From NCBI RefSeq assembly GCF_009914755.1, contig NC_060948.1: a DNA stretch of 64,000 nt; one strand, 5' to 3'. Origin of the DNA: the human T2T-CHM13v2.0 reference genome, Homo sapiens. The notes below the pieces were generated by a model. The model was not told the origin of the DNA. It made no database searches and was given only the letters and a program-made list of their open reading frames with translations. Positions 1 to 15,045 of the stretch are shown here, piece by piece. The stretch's first letter is position 1; the number at the start of each line of letters is the position of its first letter. A program made the position numbers and the translations under genes.

Positions 1-966
1 TGGAATGGAATGGAAAGGAATGGAATCGAATGGAAAGGAATCGAATGGAAGGGAATGAAATTGAATGAACAGGAATGGAAGGGAATAGAATAGACGGTAA
101 TGGAATGGACTCGAATAGAATGGACACGAATGCTCAAATTGAATGGACTCGAATGGAATGGAAATGAAAGGAATGTCATCGAATGCAATTCAATCGATTG
201 GAATGAAATCGCATAGGATGGAGTGGAATCAAATGGAATTGAATCGAAAGGAAAAGAAGCGAATTGACTGAAATGAAATGGAATGGAATTGAATGGAAAG
301 TAATGCAACGGAATAGAATGGAATGAAATTTCACGGAATGGAATCAAACTGAATGGAATCAAATCAATGGAATATAATCAAATGGAATGGAAAGGAATTG
401 AATGGAGTAGATTGTATTGGATGGGATTGGAATGAAATGTACTGGAAAGGACTCGAATTTCATGAAACGGAATGGAATGTATTAGAACGGAATGGACTCG
501 AATGGAATTGAATGTCACGGAATGGCATCAAATGGAATGGCATCAATTGGAATGGAATCGAATGCAATGGAATGCTATGGAATGGAATGGAATGCATTGG
601 AATGGAATGTCCTCTAATGGAATGGATTCGAGTGGAATGGAATCGAATATAATGGAGTCTAATGAAATGGAATTGAAAGGAATGGGATCCAATACAATGG
701 AATATACTGGAATGTAATGTAATGAACTCGAATGTAATTGACTGGAATGGAATGTACATGAATGGAATGTAATCGAATGGAAAGTAATCCAATGGAATAG
801 AATCTAATGCAATAAAATCGACTCAAATAGAGTAGAATGTAATGGAATGGAGTGCAGTGCAATGGAATGGAATGGAATGGGATGGAATGGTATGGAATGG
901 ATAGTAATGGACTGGAGTGAAATGGACTGGAAAATAATGGACTCAAATTGAAAGGGCTCGAAAGGA
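1..966 (+). repeat. Partial DYZ1 unit (3' part of a subtype C unit)
   Basis: Carries C-tail variants GGAAATGAAAG (~161), GAATGCAATTCAATC (~181), GCATAGGATG (~211), GATTGTATTGG (~410) and the short 4-pentamer tract at ~860, as at 14240-14960. Confidence 0.85.
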
Positions 967-1107
967 ATGGAGTCAAATGGAATGGTCTGGAATGGAATGA
1001 ACACGAATGTAATGCAATCCAATAGAATGGAATCGAATGGCATGGAATATAAAGAAATGGAATCGAAGAGAATGGAAACAAATGGAATGGAATTGAATGG
1101 AATGGAA

Positions 1108-1261
1108 TTGAATGGAATGGGAACGAATGGAGTGAAATTGTATGCAGTAGAAGAGAATAGAATGGAATGCAAGCGAAAGGAAAGGAATGGATTGGAATGG
1201 AATGGAATTCATTGGAATGGAAGGGAATGTAGTGTAATGGACAGGCCTGGAATAAAGTGGA
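1108..1261 (+). other. Classic DYZ1 sexing-PCR target (Y1.1/Y1.2-type primer sites), repeated once per unit
   Basis: TTGAATGGAATGGGAACGAATGG at 1108-1130 and GGACAGGCCTGGAATAAAGTGGA at 1239-1261 (reverse complement TCCACTTTATTCCAGGCCTGTCC) span 154 bp. Primer identity is recalled from memory, not looked up. Confidence 0.75.
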
Positions 1262-1617
1262 ATGCTACGGTCTCGAATGGAATAAAAATGTATGGAATGG
1301 AATGCAATGAAACGGAATCGAATGTCATAGAAGTAATGGAATGCAAAAAAATGGACTCCAAAATCATTGACTGGAAAGGCTGGGTGTCGAAAGGAATTTA
1401 CTCCAATGGAATGGAATCGAATGGAATGGAAGTGAATAGAATCGAACTAAATCGAATGGAATGGAATTGATAGGAACGGAATGGAAAGGAATGCAATGAT
1501 TTCGCATGGAATGGAATCGAATGGCATCGAATGGAATGGAATGGAATGCAATGGAATGGAATGTATTAAAATGTAATGAACTTTAATGGAATGTACTCGA
1601 ATGGATTCGACTGGAAT

Positions 1618-1632
1618 GGAATGTTCTCGAAG
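1618..1632. promoter_or_regulatory. Perfect 3-unit heat-shock element motif (HSE-1), one per unit
   Basis: gGAAt-gTTCt-cGAAg fits nGAAnnTTCnnGAAn. In C units it reads gGAAtgTTCtgGAAg, still a match. Motif match only; binding not shown. Confidence 0.55.
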
Positions 1633-1887
1633 TGAATGGACTCCAATGGAATGGATTCGAAAGGAATGGAATCTAATGGAATGGAATTAAATGGAAATGA
1701 ATCAAATTGAATAGAACGGAATTGAATTGAATGGAATCGAATGCAATGGAATCTAATGAAACGGAAAGGAAAGGAATGGAATGGAATGGAATGGAATGGG
1801 CTGGAATGGAATGGAATCGAAACGAATGGAATGGAATCGAACTGAAGAGACTGGAATGGAATACACTGGAATGGAAGGGAATGTAAT

Positions 1888-1902
1888 GGAAGGTTCTCGA
1901 AA
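1888..1902. promoter_or_regulatory. Perfect 3-unit heat-shock element motif (HSE-2), absent from subtype B units
   Basis: gGAAg-gTTCt-cGAAa. B units read gGAAg-gTTCt-cAAGa (e.g. 5426-5440). Confidence 0.5.
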
Positions 1903-2907
1903 AAATGTAATTGAAAGGAATGGAATTGAGTGGAACGGAATAGAGTCGAATGGAATTCAATGGAATGGAATGGACTAGAGTGAAATGGAATCGAACCACA
2001 AGGAATGGACAGGAATAGAATGGTCTCGAATTGAATGGAATCGTATGGAATGGCATCAAACGGAATGGAATGGACAGCCACGGAATGGAATGCACTCGAA
2101 TGCAATGGAGTCGAAACTAATGGACTGGAATAGAATGGACTCGACTGGTACGGACTCCAATGGAATGGAATCGAATGGAAGGGAATCGAACGGAATGGAC
2201 TCGAAGGGAAAAGACTGCAATGGAAAGGTCTCGAATGGAATGGAAATTAATGGAATGGAATGGAATCGAATGAAATGGAGTCAAAAGGAATGGAATCGAA
2301 TGGCAAGAAATCGGATGTAATGGAATCGCAAGGAATTGATGTGAACGGAACGGAATGGAATGGAATCCAAAGGAATGGAATAGAATGGAATGGAATCGAA
2401 TGGAAAGGACTCGAATGGAAATCACTCGAATAGAATGCAATTTAATAAAATAGGATCAAATGTAATGGAATGGAATGGAAAGGAATCGAAACGAAAGGAA
2501 TGGAGACAGATGGAATGGAATGGAACAGAGAGCAATGGTATAGAATGGAATGGAATCATCTGGAATGGAATTGAATGGAATGGAATAACATGAAATGGAC
2601 TGGAATGGAATGGAATGCCCTTGAATTAAATGGACTGGAATGGAATGGACTCGAACAGAGTGGAATGGAAAGTGTTGAAATAGAATGGAATGGACTCGTT
2701 TGGAATGGTCTAGTATGCAATGCAATCGACTGGCAGGGAATCAAAAGGAATGTAATCGAATGGATTGGACTGGAATGCAATGGACTCGAATAGATTGGAA
2801 ACGGAATGCAAAGGAATGGAATGGAATAGTATGGAATGGAATGGAAAGGAATGGAGTGGAATAGACTAGAGTGGAATGGAATGGACTCGAAAGCAATGGA
2901 CTGGAAT

Positions 2908-2922
2908 GGAACTTTCTTGAAT
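2908..2922. promoter_or_regulatory. Perfect 3-unit heat-shock element motif (HSE-3), one per unit
   Basis: gGAAc-tTTCt-tGAAt, seen in all 18 units (e.g. 9961, 24041, 45171, 59301). Confidence 0.55.
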
Positions 2923-4503
2923 GGACTGGAATCAAACGGAATGGAATGTAATGCAATCAAATGGCATGGAATAAAATAGAATGAAAGAGAATCAAATGGA
3001 ATTGAATCGAATGGAATCGAATGGATTGGCAAGGAATAGAATGGAATGGAATGGAATTGACTCAAATGGAATGGACTAGAATGGAATGGATTCGAATGGA
3101 AGGCAAAGGAATGGAATCTATTGGAATGGACTGTAATGGAATGGAATGGAAGGGATTGGAATGGACTCGAATGGAATGGACTGTAATAGAAAGGATTCGA
3201 ATGGAATGAAAAAGAATTGAATGGAATAGAACAGAATGGAATCAAATCGAATGAAATGGAATGGAATAGAAAGGAATGGAATGAAATGGAATGGAAAGGA
3301 TTCGAATGGAATGCAATCGAATGGACTGGAATCGAACGGAATGGAATAAAATGGAAGAAAACTGGCAAGAAATGGAATCGAAATGAATGGAGTGTTATGG
3401 AACGGACTCAAAAGGAATTGAATGTAATAGAATGGAGTGGAGTGGACTCCAATATAATAGACTGGAATGGAATGAAATCACATGGAATGGGAACGAATGG
3501 AATGGAATGGAAAGGAATGGAATCGAATGGAAAGGAATCGAATGGAAGGGAATGAAATTGAATCAACAGGAATGGAAAGGAGTAGAATAGACGGTAATGG
3601 AATGGGCTCGAATAGAATGGACACGAATGCTCAAATTAAATGGACTCGAATGGAATGGAAACGAAAGGAATGTCATCGAATGGAATTGAATCGATTGGAA
3701 TGAAATCACATAGAATGGAGTGGAATCAAATGGAATTGAATCGAAAGGAAAGGAAGCGAATGGACTGAAATGAAATGGAATGGAATTGAATGGAAATTAA
3801 TGCAATGGAATAGAATGGAAAGAAATTTCACGGAATGGAATCAAACTGAATGGAATCAAATCAATGGAATATAATCAAATGGAATGGAAAGGAATTGAAT
3901 GGAGTAGATTGGATTGGATGGGATTGGAATGAAATGTACTGGAAAGGACTCGAATTTCATGAAACGGAATGGAATGAATTAGAACGGAATGGACTCGAAT
4001 GGAATGGAATATCACGGAATGGCATCAAATGGAATGACATCAATTGGAATGGAATCGAATGCAATGGAATGCTATGGAATGGAATGGAATGCATTGGAAT
4101 GGAATGTCCTCTAATGGAATGGATTCGAGTGGAATGGAATCGAATATAATGGAGTCTAATGAAATGGAATTGAAAGGAATGGGATCCAATACAATGGAAT
4201 ATACTGGAATGTAATGTAATGAACTCGAATGTAATTGACTGGAATGGAATGTACATGAATGGAATGTAATCGAATGGAAAGTAATCCAATGGAATAGAAT
4301 CTAATGCAATAAAATCGACTCAAGTAGAGTAGAATATAATGGAATGGAGTGCAGTGCAATGGAATGGAATGGAATGGAATGCAATGGAATGGAATGGAAT
4401 GGAATGGAATGGAATGTGATGGAATGGTATGGAATGGATAGTAATGGACTGGAGTGAAATGGACTGGAAAGGAATGGACTCAAATTGAAAGGGCTCGAAA
4501 GGA

Positions 4504-7500
4504 ATGGAGTCAAATGGAATGGTCTGGAATGGAATGAACACGAATGTAATGCAATCCAATAGAATGGAATCGAATGGCATGGAATATAAAGAAATGGATT
4601 CGAAGAGAATGGAAACAAATGGAATGGAATTGAATGGAATGGAATTGAATGGAATGGGAACGAATGGAGTGAAATTGTATGCAGTAGAAGAGAATAGAAT
4701 GGAATGCAAGCGAAAGGAAAGGAATGGATTGGAATGGAATGGAATTCATTGGAATGGAAGGGAATGTAGTGTAATGGACAGGCCTGGAATAAAGTGGAAT
4801 GCTACGGTCTCGAATGGAATAAAAATGTATGGAATGGAATGCAATGAAACGGAATCGAATGTCATAGAATGTAATGGAATGCAAAAAAATGGAATCCAAA
4901 ATCATTGACTGGAAAGGCTGGGTGTCGAAAGGAATTGACTCCAATGGAATGGAATCGAATGGCATGGAAGTGAATAGAATGGAACTAAATCGAATGGAAT
5001 GGAATTGATAGGAACGGAATGGAAAGGAATGCAATGATTTGGCATGGAATGGAATCGAATGGCATCGAATGGAATGGAATGGAATGCAATGGAATGGAAT
5101 GTATTAGAATGTAATGAACTTTAATGGAATGTACTCGAATGGATTCAACTGGAATGGAATGTTCTCGAAGTGAATGGACTCCAATGGAATGGATTCGAAA
5201 GGAATGGAATCTAATGGAATGGAATTAAATGGAAATGAATCAAATTGAATAGAACGGAATTGAATTGAATGGAATCGAATGCAATGGAATCTAAAGAAAA
5301 GGAAAGGAAAGGAATGGAATGGATTGGAATGGAATGGGCTGGAATGGAATGGAATCGAAACGAATGGAATGGAATCGAACTGAAGAGACTGGAATGGAAT
5401 GCACTGGAATGGAAGGGAATGTAATGGAAGGTTCTCAAGAAAAATGGAATCGAAAGGAATGGAATTGAATGGAACGGAATAGAGTCGAATGGAATTCAAT
5501 GGAATGGAATGGACTAGAGTGAAATGGAATCGAACCACAAGGAATGGACAGGAATAGAATGGTCTCGAATTGAATGGAATCGTATGGAATGGCATCAAAC
5601 GGAATGGAATGGACAGCCACGGAATGGAATGCACTCGAATGCAATGGAGTCGACACTAACGGAGTGGAATAGAATGGACTCGACTGGTACGGACTCCAAT
5701 GGAATGGAATCGAATGGAAGGGTATCGAACGGAATGGACTCGAAGGGAAAAGACTGCAATGGAAAGGTCTCGAATGGAATGGAAATTAATGGAATGGAAT
5801 GGAATCGAATGAAATGGAGTCAAAAGGAATGGAATCGAATGGCAAGAAATCGAATGTAATGGAATCGCAAGGAATTGAAGTGAACGGAACGGAATGCAAT
5901 GGAATCCAAAGGAATGGAATAGAATGGAATGGAATCGAATGGAAAGGACTCGAATGGAAATCACTCGAATAGAATGCAATTTAATAAAATAGGATCAAAT
6001 GTAATGGAATGGAATGGAAAGGAATCGAAACGAAAGGAATGGAGACAGATGGAATGGAATGGAACAGAGAGCAATGGTATAGAATGGAATGGAATCATCT
6101 GGAATGGAATTGAATGGAATGGAATAACATGAAATGGACTGGAATGGAATGGAATGCCCTTGAATTAAATGGACTGGAATGGAATGGACTCGAACAGAGT
6201 GGAATGGAAAGTGTTGAAATAGAATGGAATGGACTCGTTTGGAATGGTCTAGTATGCAATGCAATCGACTGGCAGGGAATCAAAAGGAATGTAATCGAAT
6301 GGATTGGACTGGAATGCAATGGACTCGAATAGATTGGAAACGGAAAGCAAAGGAATGGAATGGAATAGTATGGAATGGAATGGAAAGGAATGGAGTGGAA
6401 TAGACTAGAGTGGAATGGAATGGACTGGAAAGCAATGGACTGGAATGGAACTTTCTTGAATGGACTGGAATCAAACGGAATGGAATGCAATGCAATCAAA
6501 TGGCATGGAATAAAATAGAATGAAAGAGAATCAAATGGAATTGAATCGAATGGAATCGAATGGATTGGAAAGGAATAGAATGGAATGGAACGGAATTGAC
6601 TCAAATGGAATGGACTAGAATGGAATGGATTCGAATGGAAGGCAAACGAATGGAATCTATTGGAATGGACTGTAATGGAATGGAATGGAAGGGATTGGAA
6701 TGGACTCGAATGGAATGGACTGCAATAGAAAGGATTCGAATGGAATGAAAAAGAATTGAATGAAATAGAAGAGAATGGAAACAAATCGAATGAAATGGAA
6801 TGGAAGAGAAAGGAATGGAATGAAATGGAATGGAAAGGATTCGAATGGAATGCAATCGAATGGAATGGAATCGAACGGAATGGAATAAAATGGAAGAAAA
6901 CTGGCAAGAAATGGAATCGAAATGAATGGAGTGTTAAGGAACGGACTCAAAAGGAATTGAATGTAATAGAATGGAGTGGAGTGGACTCGAATATAATGGA
7001 CTGGAATGGAATGAAATCACATGGAATGGGAACGAATGGAATGGAATGGAAAGGAATGGAATCGAATGGAAAGGAATCGAATGGAAGGGAATGAAATTGA
7101 ATCAACAGGAATGGAAGGGAGTAGAATAGACGGTAATGGAATGGACTCGAATAGAATGGACACGAATGCTCAAATTGAATGGACTCGAATGGAATGGAAA
7201 CGAAAGGAATGTCATCGAATGGAATTGAATCGATTGGAATGAAATCGCATAGAATGGAGTGGAATCAAAAGGAATTGAATCGAAAGGAAAGGAAGCGAAT
7301 GGACTGAAATGAAATGGAATGGAATTGAATGGAAAGTAATGCAATGGAATAGAATGGAACGAAATTTCACGGAATGGAATCAAACTGAATGGAATCAAAT
7401 CAATGGAATATAATCAAATGGAATGGAAAGGAATTGAACGGAGTAGATTGGATTGGATGGGATTGGAATGAAATGTACTGGAAAGGACTCGAAATTCATG

Positions 7501-8017
7501 AAACGGAATGGAATGAACTGGAACGGAATGGAATCGAATGGAATGGAATGTCATGTAATGGCATCAAATGGAATGGAATCGAATGCGATGGAATGCTATG
7601 GAATGGAATGGAATGCATAGGAATGGAATGTCCTCTAATGGAATGTATTCGAGTGGAATGGAATCGAATATAATGGAGTGTAATGAAATGGAATTGAAAG
7701 GAATGGGACCGAATACAATGGAATAAACTGGAATGTAATGTAATGAACTCGAATGTAATTGACTGGAATGGAATGTACATGAATGGAATGTAATCGAATG
7801 GAAAGCAATCCAATGGAATAGAATCTAATGCAATAAAATCGACTCAAATAGAGTAGAATGTAATGGAATGGAGTGCAGTGCAATGGAATGGAATGGAATG
7901 CAACGGAATGGAATGGAATGGAATGGAATGGGATGGAATGGTATGGAATGGATAGTAATGGACTGGAGTGAAATGGACTGGAAAAGAATGGACTCAAATT
8001 GAAAGGGCTCGAAAGGA
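4504..8017 (+). repeat. DYZ1 unit 2, subtype B (3514 bp)
   Basis: GTTCTCAAGA (5431), GTCGACACTAACGGAGTGG (5649), GGTATCGAAC (5721), GAAGTGAACGG (~5877). Confidence 0.88.
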
Positions 8018-11000
8018 ATGGAGTCAAATGGAATGGTCTGGAATGGAATGAACACGAATGTAATGCAATCCAATAGAATGGAATCGAATGGCATAGAATA
8101 TAAAGAAATGGAATCGAAGAGAATGGAAACAAATGGAATGGAATTGAATGGAATGGAATTGAATGGAATGGGAACGAATGGAGTGAAATTGTATGCAGTA
8201 GAAGAGAATAGAATGGAATGCAAGCGAAAGGAAAGGAATGGATTGGAATGGAATGGAATTCATTGGAATGGAAGGGAATGTAGTGTAATGGACAGGCCTG
8301 GAATAAAGTGGAATGCTACGGTCTCGAATGGAATAAAAATGTATGGAATGGAATGCAATGAAATGGAATCGAATGTCATAGAATGTAATGGAATGCAAAA
8401 AAATGGACTCCAAAATCATTGACTGGAAAGGCTGGGTGTCGAAAGGAATTGACTCCAATGGAATGGAATCGAATGGCATGGAAGTGAATAGAATGGAACT
8501 AAATCGAATGGAATGGAATTGATAGGAACGGAATGGAAAGGAATGCAATGATTTGGCATGGAATGGAATCGAATGGCATCGAATGGAATGGAATGGAATG
8601 CAATGGAATGGAATGTATTAGAATGTAATGAACTTTAATGGAATGTACTCGAATGGATTCGACTGGAATGGAATGTTCTCGAAGTGAATGGACTCCAATG
8701 GAATGGATTCGAAAGGAATGGAATCTAATGGAATGGAATTAAATGGAAATGAATCAAATTGAATAGAACGGAATTGAATTGAATGGAATCGAATGCAATG
8801 GAATCTAATGAAAAGGAAAGGAAAGGAATGGAATGGATTGGAATGGAATGGGCTGGAATGGAATGGAATCGAAACGAATGGAATGGAATCGAACTGAAGA
8901 GACTGGAATGGAATGCACTGGAATGGAAGGGAATGTAATGGAAGGTTCTCAAGAAAAATGGAATCGAAAGGAATGGAATTGAATGGAACGGAATAGAGTC
9001 GAATGGAATTCAATGGAATGGAATGGACTAGAGTGAAATGGAATCGAACCACAAGGAATGGACAGGAATAGAATGGTCTCGAATTGAATGGAATCGTATG
9101 GAATGGCATCAAACGGAATGGAATGGACAGCCACGGAATGGAATGCACTCGAATGCAATGGAGTCGACACTAACGGAGTGGAATAGAATGGACTCGACTG
9201 GTACGGACTCCAATGGAATGGAATCGAATGGAAGGGTATCGAACGGAATGGACTCGAAGGGAAAAGACTGCAATGGAAAGGTCTCGAATGGAATGGAAAT
9301 TAATGGAATGGAATGGAATCGAATGAAATGGAGTCAAAAGGAATGGAATCGAATGGCAAGAAATCGAATGTAATGGAATCGCAAGGAATTGAAGTGAACG
9401 GAACGGAATGCAATGGAATCCAAAGGAATGGAATAGAATGGAATGGAATCGAATGGAAAGGACTCGAATGGAAATCACTCGAATAGAATGCAATTTAATA
9501 AAATAGGATCAAATGTAATGGAATGGAATGGAAAGGAATCGAAACGAAAGGAATGGAGACAGATGGAATGGAATGGAACAGAGAGCAATGGTATAGAATG
9601 GAATGGAATCATCTGGAATGGAATTGAATGGAATGGAATAACATGAAATGGACTGGAATGGAATGGAATGCCCTTGAATTAAATGGACTGGAATGGAATG
9701 GACTCGAACAGAGTGGAATGGAAAGTGTTGAAATAGAATGGAATGGACTCGTTTGGAATGGTCTAGTATGCAATGCAATCGACTGGCAGGGAATCAAAAG
9801 GAATGTAATCGAATGGATTGGACTGGAATGCAATGGACTCGAATAGATTGGAAACGGAAAGCAAAGGAATGGAATGGAATAGTATGGAATGGAATGGAAA
9901 GGAATGGAGTGGAATAGACTAGAGTGGAATGGAATGGACTGGAAAGCAATGGACTGGAATGGAACTTTCTTGAATGGACTGGAATCAAACGGAATGGAAT
10001 GCAATGCAATCAAATGGCATGGAATAAAATAGAATGAAAGAGAATCAAATGGAATTGAATCGAATGGAATCGAATGGATTGGAAAGGAATAGAATGGAAT
10101 GGAACGGAATTGACTCAAATGGAATGGACTAGAATGGAATGGATTCGAATGGAAGGCAAATGAATGGAATCTATTGGAATGGACTGTAATGGAATGGAAT
10201 GGAAGGGATTGGAATGGACTCGAATGGAATGGACTGCAATAGAAAGGATTCGAATGGAATGAAAAAGAATTGAATGGAATAGAACAGAATGGAATCAAAT
10301 CGAATGAAATGGAATGGAAGAGAAAGGAATGGAATGAAATGGAATGGAAAGGATTCGAATGGAATGCAATCGAATGGAATGGAATCGAACGGAATGGAAT
10401 AAAATGGAAGAAAACTGGCAAGAAATGGAATCGAAATGAATGGAGTGTTATGGAACGGACTCAAAAGGAATTGAATGTAATAGAATGGAGTGGAGTGGAC
10501 TCGAATATAATGGACTGGAATGGAATGAAATCACATGGAATGGGAACGAATGGAATGGAATGGAAAGGAATGGAATCGAATGGAAAGGAATCGAATGGAA
10601 GGGAATGAAATTGAATCAACAGGAATGGAAGGGAGTAGAATAGACGGTAATGGAATGGACTCGAATAGAATGGACACGAATGCTCAAATTGAATGGACTC
10701 GAATGGAATGGAAACGAAAGGAATGTCATCGAATGGAATTGAATCGATTGGAATGAAATCGCATAGAATGGAGTGGAATCAAATGGAATTGAATCGAAAG
10801 GAAAGGAAGCGAATGGACTGAAATGAAATGGAATGGAATTGAATGGAAAGTAATGCAATGGAATAGAATGGAACGAAATTTCACGGAATGGAATCAAACT
10901 GAATGGAATCAAATCAATGGAATATAATCAAATGGAATGGAAAGGAATTGAATGGAGTAGATTGGATTGGATGGGATTGGAATGAAATGTACTGGAAAGG

Positions 11001-11531
11001 ACTCGAAATTCATGAAACGGAATGGAATGAACTGGAACGGAATGGAATCGAATGGAATGGAATGTCATGGAATGGCATCAAATGGAATGGAATCGAATGC
11101 GATGGAATGCTATGGAATGGAATGGAATGCATAGGAATGGAATGTCCTCTAATGGAATGTATTCGAGTGGAATGGAATCGAATATAATGGAGTCTAATGA
11201 AATGGAATTGAAAGGAATGGGACCGAATACAATGGAATAAACTGGAATGTAATGTAATGAACTCGAATGTAATTGACTGGAATGGAATGTACATGAATGG
11301 AATGTAATCGAATGGAAAGCAATCCAATGGAATAGAATCTAATGCAATAAAATCGACTCAAATAGAGTAGAATGTAATGGAATGGAGTGCAGTGCAATGG
11401 AATGGAATGGAATGCAACGGAATGGAATGGAATGGAATGGAATGGGATGGAATGGTATGGAATGGATAGTAATGGACTGGAGTGAAATGGACTGGAAAAG
11501 AATGGACTCAAATTGAAAGGGCTCGAAAGGA
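8018..11531 (+). repeat. DYZ1 unit 3, subtype B (3514 bp)
   Basis: Same B markers at ~8945, ~9163, ~9235. Confidence 0.88.
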
Positions 11532-14500
11532 ATGGAGTCAAATGGAATGGTCTGGAATGGAATGAACACGAATGTAATGCAATCCAATAGAATGGAATCG
11601 AATGGCATGGAATATAAAGAAATGGAATCGAAGAGAATGGAAACAAATGGAATGGAATTGAATGGAATGGAATTGAATGGAATGGGAACGAATGGAGTGA
11701 AATTGTATGCAGTAGAAGAGAATAGAATGGAATGCAAGCGAAAGGAAAGGAATGGATTGGAATGGAATGGAATTCATTGGAATGGAAGGGAATGTAGTGT
11801 AATGGACAGGCCTGGAATAAAGTGGAATGCTACGGTCTCGAATGGAATAAAAATGTATGGAATGGAATGCAATGAAACGGAATCGAATGTCATAGAATGT
11901 AATGGAATGCAAAAAAATGGACTCCAAAATCATTGACTGGAAAGGCTGGGTGTCGAAAGGAATTGACTCCAATGGAATGGAATCGAATGGAATGGAAGTG
12001 AATAGAATCGAACTAAATCGAATGGAATGGAATTGATAGGAACGGAATGGAAAGGAATGCAATGATTTGGCATGGAATGGAATCGAAAGGCATCGAATGG
12101 AATGGAATGGAATGCAATGGAATGGAATGTATTAGAATGTAATGAACATTAATGGAAAGTACTCGAATGGATTCGACTGGAATGGAATGTTCTGGAAGTG
12201 AATGGACTCCAATGGAATGGATTCGAAAGGAATGGAATCGAACGGAATGGAATTAAACGGAAATGAATCAAATAGAATAGAACGGAATTGAATTGAATGG
12301 AATCGAATGCAATGGAATCTAATGAAACGGAAAGGAATGGAATGGAATGGGCTGGAATGGAATGGAATCGAAACGAATGGAATGGAATCGAACTGAAGAG
12401 ACTGGAATGGAATGCACTGGAATGGAAGGGAATGTAATGGAAGGTTCTCGAAAAAAATGGAATCGAAAGGAATGGAATTGAATGGAACGGAATAGAGTCG
12501 AATGGAATTCAATGGAATGGAATGGACTAGAGTGAAATGGAATCGAACCACAAGGAATGGACAGGAATAGAATGGTCTCGAATTGAATGGAATCGTATGG
12601 AATGGCATCAAACGGAATGGAATGGACGGCCACGGAATGGAATGCACTCGAATGCAATGGAGTCGAAACTAATGGACTGGAATAGAATGGACTCGACTGG
12701 TACGGACTCCAATGGAATGGAATCGAATGGAAGGGAATCGAACGGAAGGGAATCGAACGGAATGGACTCGAAGGGAAAAGACTGCAATGGAAAGGTCTCG
12801 AATGGAATGGAAATTAATGGAATGGAATGGAATCGAATGAAATGGAGTCAAAAGGAATGGAATCGAATGGCAAGAAATCGAATGTAATGGAATCGCAAGG
12901 AATTGATGTGAACGGAACGGAATGGAATGGAATCCAAAGGAATGGAATAGAATGGAATGGAATCGAATGGAAAGGACTCGAATGGAAATCACTCGAATAG
13001 AATGCAATTTAATAAAATAGGATCAAATGTAATGGAATGGAATGGAAAGGAATCGAAACGAAAGGAATGGAGACAGATGGAATGGAATGGAACAGAGAGC
13101 AATGGTATAGAATGGAATGGAATCATCTGGAATGGAATTGAATGGAATGGAATAATATGAAATGGAATGGAATGGAATGGAATGTCCTTGAATTAAATGG
13201 ACTGGAATGGAATGGACTCGAACAGAGTGGAATGGAAAGTGTTGAAATAGCATGGAATGGACTCGTTTGGAATGGTGTAGTATGCAATGCAATCGACTGG
13301 CAGGGAATCAAAAGGAATGTAATCGAATGGATTGGACTGGAATGCAATGGACTCGAATAGATTGGAAACGGAATGCAAAGGAATGGAATGGAATAGTATG
13401 GAATGGAATGGAAAGGAATGGAGTGGAATAGACTAGAGTGGAATGGAATGGACTCGAAAGCAATGGACTGGAATGGAACTTTCTTGAATGGACTGGAATC
13501 AAACGGAATGGAATGCAATGCAATCAAATGGCATGGAATAAAATAGAATGAAAGAGAATCAAACGGAATTGAATCGAATGGAATCGAATGGATTGGAAAG
13601 GAATAGAATGGAATGGAATGGAATTGACTCAAATGGAATGGACTAGAATGGAATGGATTCGAATGGAAGGCAAAGGAATGGAATCTATTGGAATGGACTG
13701 TAATGGAATGGAATGGAAGGGATTGGAATGGACTCGAATGGAATGGACTGCAGTAGAAAGGATTCGAATGGAATGAAAAAGAATTGAATGGAATAGAACA
13801 CAATGGAATCAAACCTCATGAAATAGAATGGAATAGAAAGGAATGGAATGAAATCGAATGGAAAGGATTCGAATGGAATGCAATCGAATGGAATGCAATC
13901 GAATGGAATGGAATCGAACGGAATGGAATAAAATGGAAGAAAACTGGCAAGAAATGGAATCGAAATGAATGGAGTGTTAAGGAACGGACTCAAAAGGAAT
14001 TGAATGTAATAGAATGGAGTGGAGTGGACTCGAATATAATGGACTGGAATGGAATGAAATCACATGGAATGGGAACGAATGGAATGGAATGGAAAGGAAT
14101 GGAATCGAATGGAAAGGAATCGAATGGAAGGGAATGAAATTGAATCAACAGGAATGGAAGGGAATAGAATAGACGGTAATGGAATGGACTCGAATAGAAT
14201 GGACACGAATGCTCAAATTGAATGGACTCGAATGGAATGGAAATGAAAGGAATGTCATCGAATGCAATTCAATCGATTGGAATGAAATCGCATAGGATGG
14301 AGTGGAATCAAATGGAATTGAATCGAAAGGAAAAGAAGCGAATTGACTGAAATGAAATGGAATGGAATTGAATGGAAAGTAATGCAACGGAATAGAATGG
14401 ATTGAAATTTCACGGAATGGAATCAAACTGAATGGAATCAAATCAATGGAATATAATCAAATGGAATGGAAAGGAATTGAATGGAGTAGATTGTATTGGA

Positions 14501-15045
14501 TGGGATTGGAATGAAATGTACTGGAAAGGACTCGAATTTCATGAAACGGAATGGAATGTATTAGAAAGGAATGGACTCGAATGGAATTGAATGTCACGGA
14601 ATGGCATCAAATGGAATGGCATCAATTGGAATGGAATCGAATGCAATGGAATGCTATGGAATGGAATGGAATGCATTGGAATGGAATGTCCTCTAATGGA
14701 ATGGATTCGAGTGGAATGGAATCGAATATAATGGAGTCTAATGAAATGGAATTGAAAGGAATGGGATCCAATACAATGGAATATACTGGAATGTAATGTA
14801 ATGAACTCGAATGTAATTGACTGGAATGGAATGTACATGAGTGGAATGTAATCGAATGGAAAGTAATCCAATGGAATAGAATCTAATGCAATAAAATCGA
14901 CTCAAATAGAGTAGAATGTAATGGAATGGAGTGCAGTGCAATGGAATGGAATGGAATGGGATGGAATGGTATGGAATGGATAGTAATGGACTGGAGTGAA
15001 ATGGACTGGAAAATAATGGACTCAAATTGAAAGGGCTCGAAAGGA
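11532..15045 (+). repeat. DYZ1 unit 4, subtype C (3514 bp)
   Basis: AACATTAATGGAAAGT (~12145), 15-bp deletion near 12330, GGACGGCCAC (~12624), 15-bp duplication 12731-12760, AAACCTCATG (13811). Confidence 0.88.

Larger units (their letters stand above)
967..4503 (+). repeat. DYZ1 unit 1, subtype A (3537 bp)
   Basis: Diagnostic CATAGAAGTAATG (1-bp deletion, ~1331), GGAATTTACTCC, TTTCGCATGG (~1500), GTATTAAAATG, A6 run at ~1900. Confidence 0.88.

Noticed and set aside
324-470. Further HSE-like motifs GAAATTTCACGGAA (~325) and CGAATTTCATGAAA (~454)
   Set aside because: The first has an imperfect third unit (GGA) and the second has 1-bp instead of 2-bp GAA-TTC spacing, so neither was counted.
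811-2450. AATAAA hexamers (811, 1251, ~2444) as polyadenylation signals
   Set aside because: AATAAA arises by one or two changes from GGAAT-GGAAT, and no GU-rich downstream element or transcript evidence is visible.
2556-3368. Longest recurring minus-strand ORF (229-310 aa in every unit)
   Set aside because: Low-complexity F/H/S/I/P peptide. The pyrimidine-rich strand rarely forms stops, and recurrence reflects array homogenisation, not coding selection.
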